From Phycisphaera mikurensis NBRC 102666 (GTDB taxonomy: Bacteria; Planctomycetota; Phycisphaerae; Phycisphaerales; Phycisphaeraceae), in assembly GCF_000284115.1 (NCBI RefSeq), contig NC_017080.1:540001-572000 (forward strand): a stretch of 32,000 bases of DNA, given 5' to 3'. Shown in pieces: positions 1 to 8,494 of this stretch; the first letter of the stretch is position 1, and each line of letters opens with the position of its first letter. The translations under genes were made by a program, and so were the position numbers. The notes beneath the pieces are model-generated. The model searched no databases, was not told the origin of the DNA, and was given only the letters and a program-made list of their open reading frames with translations.

Positions 1-545
1 GAGAAGTCGCGGATCGCGTCGCAGGTCAGCCCCGCCCCCCAGGCGATCCGCGTGTCCTCCACGCCGCTGGTCCGGTCGACCTCGCCGAACCAGCCGTTGG
101 TCCGCTCGCGCGGCGGCAGCCCTCGCTGCGCCCGCCACGCGTCGTAATCGTCCTCCTCCCAGGCGTACCGCTCGACGCCGTACCCGGTGGGGTCCCCCGG
201 CACCTCGCCGTGGAACTTGCCGAAGTGCGCCATCCTGTAGCCGGCGCTACCGAGACGCTGCCACAGGATCGGCTCGCCCGTCTCCGCGGGCCGGTACCCG
301 TCGAAGGGCGGGATGTTCTGGCAGCGGTGCTGGCTGGGCCACCGGCCGGTCAAGAGCGACGCACGCGCCGGGCTGCAGATCGGAGAGGGCGTGAAGGCGT
401 TGACGAAGTCGGCGCCCTGCGCCGCCAGCCGGTCGAGGTTGGGCGTCCGGATCCGCGGCCCGTTCCCGCTCGCGTGGATCCCAAGGCAGTCGAAGCGGTG
501 TTGGTCCGAATGGATGAGCAGGAGATTGGGGCGGGAGTTCGCCAT
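1..545 (-). CDS. Cys-type (formylglycine) sulfatase, N-terminal ~181 aa; the rest lies beyond the left window edge
   Basis: Absent from the ORF track because there is no stop in the window. Manual reverse-strand translation from ATG (complement 545..543): MANSRPNLLLIHSDQHRFDCLGIHASGNGPRIRTPNLDRLAAQGADFVNAFTPSPICSPARASLLTGRWPSQH. It contains the sulfatase C-x-P-x-R signature (CSPAR; the Cys codon at 377..375 is in frame). No signal peptide is visible. Confidence 0.85.
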   Translation of the reverse strand, partial: MANSRPNLLLIHSDQHRFDCLGIHASGNGPRIRTPNLDRLAAQGADFVNAFTPSPICSPARASLLTGRWPSQHRCQNIPPFDGYRPAETGEPILWQRLGSAGYRMAHFGKFHGEVPGDPTGYGVERYAWEEDDYDAWRAQRGLPPRERTNGWFGEVDRTSGVEDTRIAWGAGLTCDAIRDF

Positions 546-559
546 GGCGGGGAAGCTAA

Positions 560-647
560 GCGAAGAGGCGGGGAGGCGGGGAGGCGGAGAGGCGGGGAGA
601 CGAAGAGACGAAGAGACGGAGAGACGAAGAGACGGAGACAGGCAGAC
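560..647. repeat. 8-bp tandem array, 11 units, consensus RCGRRGAG (polypurine on + strand, one C per unit)
   Basis: Read directly: gcgaagag gcggggag gcggggag gcggagag gcggggag acgaagag acgaagag acggagag acgaagag acggagac aggcagac. Starts 15 nt upstream of the sulfatase start codon (545, minus strand). Same unit family as the array at 14217..14416. Confidence 0.85.
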
Positions 648-706
648 GCGGCGGCTACGCCGACCGCTTCTCTCTCTGATTCGCTGTCTTCGTCTCTTCG
701 TCTCTC
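619..706. repeat. 23-nt inverted repeat (1 mismatch) with 42-nt spacer; left arm lies inside the 8-bp array
   Basis: 619..641 is gagagacgaagagacggagacag. The reverse complement of 684..706 (ctgtcttcgtctcttcgtctctc) is gagagacgaagagacgaagacag. Located between the AraC stop (846) and the sulfatase start (545), both on the minus strand. Confidence 0.7.
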
Positions 707-845
707 ACCCAACTCCGCCACCACCCGCGGCATCTTCCGTCGCGAGCCGTGCAGCCGCGGGCGGCACGCGTCCGCCGCTGCGTCGCTTCGTCTCTCGCGA
801 TGCAGACTCCGCCCCCGCTTGGACTGCCACAACGCCAGCGCCCCG

Positions 846-1727
846 CTACACCGGGCGATTCTCTCGATACTCGCTCGGCGTCGTGTGCGTGTACCGCCGG
901 AACGCCCGCGTGAACGTCGCGTGCGAGGTGAAGCCCAGGTCGAGCATGATGTTCTTGATCGGGAGGTCGGTCCCGCGCAAGCGGGCGCAGGCCTTCTGGA
1001 TCCTCAGCTCCGAGAGGTAGCGACGCGGCGCGACGCCGTAGCGCTGGGTGAAGGCGCGAGACAGGTGCTCCCGCGAGACGCCGCAGCGGTCCGCCAGCTC
1101 GGCGACGTTCCAGTCCCGCTCCGGCCGCTCGGCCATCAGCGTCTCGGCGTCGCGGGCGAGCTGCCGGGTCTGCGGCGCCTTGATGCCGCTCTCCGCGGCC
1201 GCCAGCACCAACGCCAGCACCTCGGTCACGAGCAGCACGCCCTCGGAGCCGGGCATCGTCACCTGGTGCGTGCGCTCGCGGGTCAGCGCGATCAGCCGGC
1301 GGATCGTGGCGCTCTGCGGGTCCACGCGGTACGGGCCCGGGAATGCCGCCCGGAGGTCTTCGACCATCTCGCGGGCCCGGGCGCCGCCGAAGATGAAGCC
1401 GAGGTAGTCGAACGGCAGCGGGCTCCCGGCCTCGCCGGCCCCGAACCAGTCGTCGTCGTCGTTGACCTCGTGGAAGAGAGCGCCGCCCACCGGCAGCGTC
1501 GACTCCTTCCCGGCGACGCGCCCGCGGCCGCCCTGGGAGAGGGCGACGCTGAGCACGAGCTTGTCGGGCATCCGCGACTGCTTCACCCGGTCCGTCCGGT
1601 AGCGCCCGGTGGGGTCGCGTCCCCGGCCCAGGAAGTGGGGGAAGGGAAGCCCCTCCACGCGTCCAGGGACGCGAAACCAGAGGTAATCCGCCATGCGGCG
1701 GGGCGGTGGAACGTGGGTTTCGAGCAT
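846..1727 (-). CDS. AraC/XylS-family transcriptional regulator
   Basis: ORF track 846..1955 (-). The C-terminal ~100 aa is a canonical AraC double HTH (WNVAELADRCGVSREHLSRAFTQRYGVAPRRYLSELRIQKACARLRGTDLPIKNIMLDLGFTSHATFTRAFRRYTHTTPSEYR). The 5' part of the track ORF looks like run-on sequence. Start placed at ATG 1727 (MLETHVPPPRRMADYLW...); ATG 1694 is an alternative. Confidence 0.8.
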   Translation of the reverse strand: MLETHVPPPRRMADYLWFRVPGRVEGLPFPHFLGRGRDPTGRYRTDRVKQSRMPDKLVLSVALSQGGRGRVAGKESTLPVGGALFHEVNDDDDWFGAGEAGSPLPFDYLGFIFGGARAREMVEDLRAAFPGPYRVDPQSATIRRLIALTRERTHQVTMPGSEGVLLVTEVLALVLAAAESGIKAPQTRQLARDAETLMAERPERDWNVAELADRCGVSREHLSRAFTQRYGVAPRRYLSELRIQKACARLRGTDLPIKNIMLDLGFTSHATFTRAFRRYTHTTPSEYRENRPV

Positions 1728-1749
1728 CACACGGCGCAAGTTGATCTCA

Positions 1750-1805
1750 CAGGGCCAACCTTGTGAGCGGGGAACGTGTGGGATAGGTTGGATGAGTCGC
1801 GATTG
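1750..1805. promoter_or_regulatory. Candidate shared regulatory motif triplet CAGGGCC ... GTGTGG(G)AT ... GCGATTG in the divergent AraC/prepilin-like intergenic region
   Basis: cagggcc 1750..1756, gtgtgggat 1776..1784, gcgattg 1799..1805. The same three words occur in the same order at 26997..27023 in the other divergent regulator/PEP-CTERM region. An inverted repeat CTCACA-N10-TGTGAG (1746..1767) also overlaps this site. Confidence 0.3.
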
Positions 1806-1978
1806 CAAGCCGACGAGCCGGCACTCTTCGGCCTCGCCGGGGCTTCCCCCGGATCCGACCATCGGCATCACGCCACGCAACCCATCGCTCTCGGGGCTTC
1901 CCCGATCGTCACCCTTCTCCTCCCGCATCCCGCTCTGGCGTCCGCACGGCGTCACCCGCTTCGTCCAGGAGCCTCCCC

Positions 1979-2833
1979 ATGACCCGCACGCACCCGAACC
2001 GCCGGGGTTTCACGCTCATCGAACTCCTCGTGGTGATCTCCATCATCGCGCTGCTGATCGGCATCCTGCTGCCGGCGCTGGGGGCGGCGCGGGCGAGCGC
2101 CCGCGACATGAAGTGCCTCGCGAACCAGCGGCAGCTGGCGCTCGCCGGCAATGCGTACTTCGCGGACTACAACGGCGAGTCCTTCTCGCACTGGCCGATG
2201 GACGTCTTCTTCCGCGGCGACTACATCGACGTCGAGGAGAACAACCAGATCCAGGTCTGCCCCTCGACCGAGAACCCCACCGACCGCACCGGCGCCCTGG
2301 GCGCCGGAGCGCCCGCCGGCCCGGTGGGCGCCCCGTACTGGTACGGATCGACGGGCGTGGCCTACCTCTCGGGCCCCCGGACGTCGATCAGCCGCTTCCC
2401 CTCCAAGGGCAGCTACTTCTACAACGGCTGGATCTCCACCGATCCCTACGCCCGCGTGACGGTGGCCGGTGCCGGCCCGGACCGAACAGAGCGTCTGAAG
2501 CGGAACTTCCGCAAGGCGGACTCGATCCAGACCCCCTCGACCACGCCCTTCTCCGCGGACGGCGTCTGGACGCTGACCGCGCCCAGCGTCGAGTTCAGCG
2601 GCGGCCATCCTTCCAGCTTCGCGCCCGAAGCCCCGGAGAACACCGCCGGCGGTTCCCGTGCCTACGGCTACCACGAGATGGTGATGCGTCGCCACGGCTC
2701 GGGCTCCAACCAGTTCTCCTTCGTGGATGGCAGCGCCGGCCTGTTCCCCTGGGCGGACATGTACGCCTTCACCTGGTACCGCGACTACGACCCGCAGAAC
2801 AACCTCCCGCCGGCGAACCTGCCGAACCAGTGA
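1979..2833 (+). CDS. Prepilin-type N-terminal cleavage/methylation domain protein, DUF1559 / H-X9-DG-like (planctomycete pseudopilin-like paralog)
   Basis: ORF track 1979..2833. AGGAG sits 7 nt upstream of the ATG. N-terminus [10 protein letters not shown]|[28 protein letters not shown] has the prepilin peptidase motif (G-1, F+1, E+5) followed by a hydrophobic helix. C-terminal [16 protein letters not shown] resembles the H-X9-DG motif, with one extra residue. Confidence 0.9.
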   Translation: MTRTHPNRRGFTLIELLVVISIIALLIGILLPALGAARASARDMKCLANQRQLALAGNAYFADYNGESFSHWPMDVFFRGDYIDVEENNQIQVCPSTENPTDRTGALGAGAPAGPVGAPYWYGSTGVAYLSGPRTSISRFPSKGSYFYNGWISTDPYARVTVAGAGPDRTERLKRNFRKADSIQTPSTTPFSADGVWTLTAPSVEFSGGHPSSFAPEAPENTAGGSRAYGYHEMVMRRHGSGSNQFSFVDGSAGLFPWADMYAFTWYRDYDPQNNLPPANLPNQ

Positions 2834-2847
2834 GCCGCCCGCCGTCC

Positions 2848-2867
2848 GCGACCCCGGAAGGGGTTGC
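2848..2867 (+). terminator. Hairpin with GGAA tetraloop downstream of the prepilin-like gene (possible attenuator or RNA-stability element)
   Basis: gcgacccc-ggaa-ggggttgc forms an 8-bp stem (one G-U pair) with a GNRA-type loop, 15 nt after the stop codon. There is no U-tract, so it is not a classical intrinsic terminator. Confidence 0.3.
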
Positions 2868-2921
2868 CGCCGCTTCTGTCCCGCGTCCCGCGGCCGATCC
2901 TTTCCCCCGGAGAACCCCATC

Positions 2922-3827
2922 ATGCGATCCCTTCCCTCCCTCGCCCTTCTCGCCACCGGTGCCTTCGTCTCCGCCTTCGCCGCCCAGTCCGTCCGGGCCC
3001 AGACGGTCCTCTACTCCGATTCCTTCGACAGCCGCCTCACCGGCAGCGGCGTCGCCAACGGCAACCCCGCCGGCGACGGCAACGGGTCGTCGGACTGGGG
3101 CACCGCGGACAACGCCCTGGGTGGCTCCGCCGTGGTCGCCTGGTCCGCCGGGCGGAACGGCGGCCCGACCGGAGGCGCCCAGTTCACCACCAACGCGGGC
3201 GCGACGGTCACCCCCGGCCCGGCCCCGCTCGTCGGCACCATGTTCAACGGGGCGGTGAACACCGACACCAGCGTGACCGCGGACGCCGCCCTCGGGTTGA
3301 ACATCGCGTTCGACTTCAGCCGCGACGGCTCGGCTCCGATCGACGGCGTGGACGCACCCGGCAACGGCTTCCTCTCGGTCGGCACCGGGTACGACGAGAC
3401 CGTCAACGCGTTCAGCCCCTTCGAGACCACCGGCAACTCCGACTTCGCGGTGCTGTTTCAGCAGGCCGCCAACGGCAACACCGGCAACGCCGAGATCTTC
3501 TCGGACGGAACGTCTCTGGGCACCTTCGACTACGGCGACCCGCTGGCCACGCACAGCGTCGAGCTCGACTTCGTGCCGGTCGTCGCCGGTGCCTACGGAG
3601 CTGCGGACGCCATCGCGTACGCGGTGATCGTCGACGGCAACGCGCTCGCTTCCGGCACGATCACCGGCGGCGCCGAGTTCGGCGACCTCGCCTTCGCGAC
3701 GAACCTGTTCAGCGCCGCGAACATCGACAACCTGGTGGTGAGCGGCACGCCGATCCCCGAGCCCGCCACCGCGGCCCTCCTGGCCCTGGGCGGGGCGGCT
3801 CTCCTCGGCCGCCGACGCCGCGGCTGA
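2922..3827 (+). CDS. Secreted PEP-CTERM sorting-domain protein
   Basis: Same frame as track ORF 2727..3827. Start placed at ATG 2922 (GGAGA 8 nt upstream), giving signal peptide MRSLPSLALLATGAFVSAFAAQSVRAQ. The C-terminus PIPEPATAALLALGGAALLGRRRRG has PEP motif + TM helix + basic tail. Confidence 0.85.
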   Translation: MRSLPSLALLATGAFVSAFAAQSVRAQTVLYSDSFDSRLTGSGVANGNPAGDGNGSSDWGTADNALGGSAVVAWSAGRNGGPTGGAQFTTNAGATVTPGPAPLVGTMFNGAVNTDTSVTADAALGLNIAFDFSRDGSAPIDGVDAPGNGFLSVGTGYDETVNAFSPFETTGNSDFAVLFQQAANGNTGNAEIFSDGTSLGTFDYGDPLATHSVELDFVPVVAGAYGAADAIAYAVIVDGNALASGTITGGAEFGDLAFATNLFSAANIDNLVVSGTPIPEPATAALLALGGAALLGRRRRG

Positions 3828-3845
3828 GCGGCCCGCTCTTCCCGT

Positions 3846-3871
3846 CCCGCCGCCGCCACCGCGGCGGCGGG
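3846..3871 (+). terminator. Strong GC hairpin between the PEP-CTERM gene and GH2 (candidate intra-operon attenuator)
   Basis: cccgccgccgc-cacc-gcggcggcggg is a perfect 11-bp stem with a 4-nt loop, extendable by about 3 more pairs. It lies 19 nt after the stop at 3827 and is followed only by 'tt'. Confidence 0.4.
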
Positions 3872-3910
3872 GCGTTCCCGGGGCTCCTCTCCCGCACCTC
3901 CGAGACATCC

Positions 3911-6900
3911 ATGCCGGACCCGTTCCGCTCCCTCGCCGCGACGCTCGTGGCGGGCCTGCTCGCCCTCCAGCTCCCTCCGGCGCTCGCCCAGTCCACGCCC
4001 GAGCCCGAGCCCGACGCCGCGCCCACCGAGGGCGCCGGCAACTACATCGAGGGCGATCCCAAGGCGGCCCTGGAGAAGGACCGCCCCCAACCCACAGGCG
4101 TCGTCAGCGTCGGCGCCGCCGAGGGCGGCTCCGCCAGCGGCGTGCTCTCGATTCTCCCGCCGATCCGGCTCACGCCGCGGAAACTGTCCTTTCCCCACGG
4201 CGAGGACCGCCGCGTCGACCTCAACGGCACCTGGGACTTCGTCCCCGCCGTGCCCGAGGGCTTCGACGGGACCTTCCGCTCCATCGACGACTGGCAAACC
4301 CTGGAGGTTCCCGGCCACCCCGCGCTCGGGGGTCACGAGGTGCTCGATCCCAAGAGCGACCGCCGCTTCGGCTACCACCGCCGCTTCGAGGTGCCCGCCT
4401 CCTTCGAGGGCGGCCGGACGGTCCTCCGCTTCGAGGGCGTCGACGGCTTCACGAAGATCTGGATCAACGGCGAGAAGGTCGGGGAGAACGACATCGCCAC
4501 GCTGCCCACCGAGCTGGACGTCACCGACTTCGTGAAGCCCGGCGAGGCCAACGAGCTGGTGCTGACCATCGAGGGCAGCCTGGTCACCTTCTGGTCCATG
4601 CGCAAGATCGGCGGCATCACCCGCGAGGTCTACCTGCAGCACCTCCCCGACGTGAACCTCGCCCGGCTGCACGTCGACACCGACCTCACCCCGGGTTCTT
4701 CGGAGGGCGGGAACGGGGGCGTGCTCGCCGCGATGCGGGCGCACGTCCGCGTGGCGAACCAGGGCGACGCGCTCGCCTCGCCGGTGACGATCGCCTTCAC
4801 CCTCCGCGACGCCGACGGCGAGGAGGTCGCCCTGCAACACCTCGAGGGCCCGCTCCCGCTGCTGGACGTCCTGCCCGGGCAGACCCTCGAAGCGACGCTC
4901 CCGCTGCACGCGACCGGCGTGCTCCCCTGGACCGCCGAGACGCCGAATCTCTACACGCTCGAGGCCGAGCTGCAGGTGGACGGCGAGCCAACGATGTCCG
5001 CCCGCCAGCGCTTCGGCTTCCGCGAGGTGGAGGTCGCGGGCCCGCACCTGCTCGTCAACGGGAGCCCGGTGAAGCTCTGGGCGACCAACTACCACATCAC
5101 CTACCCGGGACTCTCCGAGTCCGTTCCGAAGGAGCTGATCAAAAACGACATCCGCCTCTTCAAGGAGGCCAACTTCAACGCGGCCCGGTCGCGGCCCACG
5201 CCGCCGATCCAGTACGTCGACCTGTGCGACGAGATGGGCTTCTACACCACGATCGAGGGCATGATCAGCCTGATGATCTACGCGAAGGGCCCGCTGAACG
5301 ACCACGGGGCCGACCCGGCGATCTCGGTTCCGTACCGCCGGCACATCGCCACGATGATCGAGAGCTACTACTCCAACCCCTCGGTCATCACCTGGGGCCT
5401 CGCCAACGAGTCGCCCTACTACGACTACTTCAAGGTGGCGGCGCTGGGCGCCGCGGCGGCGGACCCCACCCGCCCGCTGTTCTTCGGCTCCGACGCGCGC
5501 AAGGGCGTCGACATCCCGCTGATGGACATGAACGACGACCACTACCCGCGCAAGGCCTACGGCGAGGGCCAGCCCAGCTACGGCATCGCCGACGTGGACG
5601 AGCTGAACACGATCGAGAACGGCGCCTGGGACTACCCCGCCGACCGGCCCAACCTGTTCACCGAGTGGCTGCACGTGCACGTGAACAACGTGAAGGAGAT
5701 CGCCTACGACCCGGGCATCGACGACTTCTGGGGCTACCCCGCCGAGGTCCACGCCAAGCACTTCGACGACAAGCCCCACTTCGCCGGCGGCTTCCAGTTC
5801 AAGGGCGCTCCCTACCGTGGCATCGGCGCGAGCCCGAACTGGCGGGGCGTCTTCGACGAGGACCGCCGGGTCAACGACGTCTTCTGGGCGGTCAAGAAGA
5901 GCCACTCCCCGGTGCGGATCTTCGAGCCGGCCTCCGGTCGGGTGGAGGGGGACGAGGCGGTGTGGCCGGTGCGGAACCGCTTCGCCTTCACGAACCTGCA
6001 GGACGTCGCGTTCGCGTGGGCTTCGCCCGGCGGCAGCGGCGAGGCCTCGCCCTCGGTGGCACCGATGAGCGACGGCGAGCTGGCGCTGCCGGCGGCGGCG
6101 GCCCGCGCCGGGCCGATCGAGGTGGAGGTCCTCGCCGCGGACGGCGCCGTCCTGGACGCGTACGAGCTGACGCTCGCGGATGCCGCCGAGGAGGAGGGCG
6201 TCGCGGGGGAGGCATCCGCTTGGAGACTCGAAGAAAAGGGCCGCGCCCGCGTCCTCACCCGCGGCGACGTGGTCGCGACGATCGGGGCGGAGTCAGGCCT
6301 GCTCGAGTCCGTGACCGTCGGCGGCGAGCCGGTCGTCATCGGCCCGGTCACGCTCAGCGTGATCCCCTCGCAGCTGCGGAACTTCAAGTGGCAGGGCAGG
6401 TTCACCCTGGTGAATCAGGCCTGGGGCTGGGAGGCCGGCCGCGTGGAGGTGGACACCGCCGACGACGGCACCGTCACCGTCTCCACCTCCGGGTCCTACA
6501 CCCGCTTCGACGTCAACTTCACGCAGGCCTTCGCGCCCGATGGCACCGTCCGCGTCGAGGCCGACGCCACGTACACCGGCGGCGACAACCCCGGCGAGAA
6601 GCGGGGTGTCAACATCTTCAACCACGGCATCCGCGTTCCCGTCCACCAGGACCTCGACACGCTGTTCTGGGAACGCGAGGGCCTCTGGAGCGTGTACCCC
6701 GGCGACCACATCGGCCGGCTGGAGGGCGAGACCCGCGCCACCGGCGACCCGCGGTGGGCGGACGCCCGGGAGGCTTACGACCCCGAGGCCGCCAAGCCCA
6801 ACCCGCGGCCGTGGCCGTGGAGCCAGGACCTCAGCGCCGGGGTGACGCGGGACTTCCGCAGCACGAAGTTCAACCTCGTGGAGGGCGGACTCGCAGCCGC

Positions 6901-7180
6901 GAACGGCCGGCGGATCGTCGTGATCGGGAACCGGGCGGAAGCCTTCGAGGATCGCCGCCACCTGCACGCCGCGCCGCTCAACGACGACCTCGACGGCAAC
7001 ATCTTCACGGAAGAGAAGCACGGGCCCCAGAAGCCGGGTTACGACCTCTCCGTGCTCAGCTTCCACAACGGCGGCACCGAGCCGCACCTCACCAAGAGCC
7101 TCCGCTTCGGCGAGCACATCGCCAGGAACGGCTGGGAGCTGGAAGCCGACGCGGCCTTCCGCTTCGACGCCGGCGGCTGA
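3911..7180 (+). CDS. Secreted glycoside hydrolase family 2 (beta-galactosidase/beta-glucuronidase-like), 1089 aa
   Basis: Same frame as track ORF 2864..7180. ATG 3911 gives signal peptide MPDPFRSLAATLVAGLLALQLPPALAQS. GH2 N-terminal sugar-binding block present (LNGTWDF, WQTLEVPGH, YHRRFEVP...VLRFEGVDGFTKIWINGEKVG). TIM-barrel block has WGLANESPYY (acid/base NE) and FTEWLHV (candidate nucleophile). A long C-terminal beta-sandwich-like region follows. Confidence 0.85.
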   Translation: MPDPFRSLAATLVAGLLALQLPPALAQSTPEPEPDAAPTEGAGNYIEGDPKAALEKDRPQPTGVVSVGAAEGGSASGVLSILPPIRLTPRKLSFPHGEDRRVDLNGTWDFVPAVPEGFDGTFRSIDDWQTLEVPGHPALGGHEVLDPKSDRRFGYHRRFEVPASFEGGRTVLRFEGVDGFTKIWINGEKVGENDIATLPTELDVTDFVKPGEANELVLTIEGSLVTFWSMRKIGGITREVYLQHLPDVNLARLHVDTDLTPGSSEGGNGGVLAAMRAHVRVANQGDALASPVTIAFTLRDADGEEVALQHLEGPLPLLDVLPGQTLEATLPLHATGVLPWTAETPNLYTLEAELQVDGEPTMSARQRFGFREVEVAGPHLLVNGSPVKLWATNYHITYPGLSESVPKELIKNDIRLFKEANFNAARSRPTPPIQYVDLCDEMGFYTTIEGMISLMIYAKGPLNDHGADPAISVPYRRHIATMIESYYSNPSVITWGLANESPYYDYFKVAALGAAAADPTRPLFFGSDARKGVDIPLMDMNDDHYPRKAYGEGQPSYGIADVDELNTIENGAWDYPADRPNLFTEWLHVHVNNVKEIAYDPGIDDFWGYPAEVHAKHFDDKPHFAGGFQFKGAPYRGIGASPNWRGVFDEDRRVNDVFWAVKKSHSPVRIFEPASGRVEGDEAVWPVRNRFAFTNLQDVAFAWASPGGSGEASPSVAPMSDGELALPAAAARAGPIEVEVLAADGAVLDAYELTLADAAEEEGVAGEASAWRLEEKGRARVLTRGDVVATIGAESGLLESVTVGGEPVVIGPVTLSVIPSQLRNFKWQGRFTLVNQAWGWEAGRVEVDTADDGTVTVSTSGSYTRFDVNFTQAFAPDGTVRVEADATYTGGDNPGEKRGVNIFNHGIRVPVHQDLDTLFWEREGLWSVYPGDHIGRLEGETRATGDPRWADAREAYDPEAAKPNPRPWPWSQDLSAGVTRDFRSTKFNLVEGGLAAANGRRIVVIGNRAEAFEDRRHLHAAPLNDDLDGNIFTEEKHGPQKPGYDLSVLSFHNGGTEPHLTKSLRFGEHIARNGWELEADAAFRFDAGG

Positions 7181-7250
7181 GGCCTCGGCCGGTGCCACCA
7201 CCTTCAGGTTTGGACCTTGGACCCAACTCCCGAAACCGGCCGATGCCCGG

Positions 7251-7497
7251 GTGCCACGCCGCTTGCGGGGTGGCGAGCGGGGGAGGTCGTCGCGACGCGG
7301 CCACCCCCCAAGGGGCGTGGCACCCGGGGGCCCCAACCAAGCGGAGGTCTTGGGTGCCACGCCGCTTGCGGGGTGGCGAGCGGGGGAGGTCGTCGCGACG
7401 CGGCCACCCCCCAAGGGGCGTGGCACCCGGGGGCCCCAACCAAGCGGAGGTCTCGGGTGCCACGCCGCTTGCGGGGTGGCAAGCGCGGGGGGTCGTC
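7251..7497. repeat. 103-bp head-to-tail tandem repeat, 2 full units plus ~40 bp of a third; each unit contains a ~26-nt-arm hairpin
   Basis: 'gtgccacgcc' starts at 7251, 7354 and 7457, giving a period of 103. Units 1 and 2 are essentially identical. Within unit 1, 7249..7274 (gggtgccacgccgcttgcggggtggc) pairs with 7300..7325 (gccaccccccaaggggcgtggcaccc) with 2 mismatches. The 25-nt loop contains the palindrome cgtcgcgacg. A degenerate partial copy lies at about 7190..7250. Confidence 0.9.
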
Positions 7498-7556
7498 CCC
7501 TCTCACAGCCCGCGGGTCCCGCCGCTCCGTGTCGAGAATCCACCCGGAACCTCCCC

Positions 7557-8465
7557 ATGCCGACGATCCAGAACCACTCCGCCCGCCGCGACGTCCACGG
7601 CGAGGTCATCGACTGCCACGACGGCTGCCTCCGCTTCTTCGGCGGGAGCTACTTCCTCTACGGCACCGCCTACGGCGACAGCGACGGCTTCACGCCGGCG
7701 AACCGGTACGTCGTGTACGCCTCGCCGAACCTGAAGGACTGGATCCCACGCGGGGACCTGCTCGCCGCCCCGCTGCCGGGCGTCTCCTACCGGCCGTACG
7801 TGGTGCGGCGGCCGTGCGACGGCAGGTACGTGCTCTGGTTCAACTGGTATCCGGAGCTCTGGGAGGGCCGGTTCGGCGTCGCGGTCTCCGACACGCCGGA
7901 GGGTCCTTTCGAGGTCGTCGACGAGGCGGTGGAGGTGAGCCAGCCCGAGCCCGGCGACCACAACGTGGCGGTCGGCGCAGACGGCACCGGCTGGCTGATC
8001 TACACGTCGATCCCGGACCGGGGGCAAGGCGACCACGGGATGTCGGTGGAGCGGCTGAGCGGGGACCTGTGCTCGTCGACCGGCGAGAACTCGGGCTTCC
8101 TGGACTTCCAGGTGGAGGCCCCGAGCCTCTTCGAGCACGCCGGCTCGTGGTGGGCGCTCTTCGGGAACACCTGCTGCTTCTGCCCGGAGGGCGCCGGGGC
8201 CCGGCTGTACCGGGCGCAGCACCCGCTGGGGCCCTGGGCTTTCGTGAGAGACATCAACCGCGACGACGACGGCGGCGTCATCGTTGCGGGTCAGCAGACC
8301 GACGTCGCCCCGCTGCCCGGCGGCGTGCTGCTGTTCATGGCCGACCGGTGGGGCTCCCGCGGCGACGGGGTCAAGGGCCACGACCTCCAGCACTGGGAGC
8401 CGCTCGCGCTCGACGACCGCGGCGTGCCGCGCCGCCTCCAAAACTTGCCGGAAGCCTCTTGGTGA
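7557..8465 (+). CDS. Glycoside hydrolase family 43-like (five-bladed beta-propeller), no signal peptide
   Basis: Same frame as track ORF 7251..8465, whose 5' part is a translation of the tandem repeat. ATG 7557 gives MPTIQNHSARRDVHGEVIDCHDGCLRFFGGSYFLYGTAY.... GH43-like blocks present: HDG (candidate base Asp), VAVSDTPEGPF, GDHNV, VEAPSLFEH (candidate acid Glu). Confidence 0.6.
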   Translation: MPTIQNHSARRDVHGEVIDCHDGCLRFFGGSYFLYGTAYGDSDGFTPANRYVVYASPNLKDWIPRGDLLAAPLPGVSYRPYVVRRPCDGRYVLWFNWYPELWEGRFGVAVSDTPEGPFEVVDEAVEVSQPEPGDHNVAVGADGTGWLIYTSIPDRGQGDHGMSVERLSGDLCSSTGENSGFLDFQVEAPSLFEHAGSWWALFGNTCCFCPEGAGARLYRAQHPLGPWAFVRDINRDDDGGVIVAGQQTDVAPLPGGVLLFMADRWGSRGDGVKGHDLQHWEPLALDDRGVPRRLQNLPEASW

Positions 8466-8494
8466 CCACCGCCCGCTCCGACGCGGAGACCTCC

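Noticed and set aside
210-1766. 518-aa + strand ORF (and 313..1020, 350..832, 1048..1407) overlapping the sulfatase, repeat array and AraC gene
   Set aside because: The translations are Arg/Gly/Pro/Ala-rich with no recognisable motifs. They run antisense or out of frame to genes with clear family signatures, and part is a translation of the 8-bp repeat. These are typical shadow ORFs in high-GC DNA.
3593-5905. 770-aa minus-strand ORF antisense to GH2, plus 5224..7734 (+, 836 aa) and 6293..7609 (-, 438 aa)
   Set aside because: They overlap a well-supported GH2 CDS in alternative frames. Their composition is dominated by R/G/A/P/V with no domain-like blocks. 5224..7734 and 6293..7609 also read through the 103-bp tandem repeat.
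7251-7497. Possibility that the 103-bp repeats are a CRISPR array
   Set aside because: The units are directly head-to-tail with no unique spacers. The unit length is far above CRISPR repeat size, and no cas genes are present in the window.
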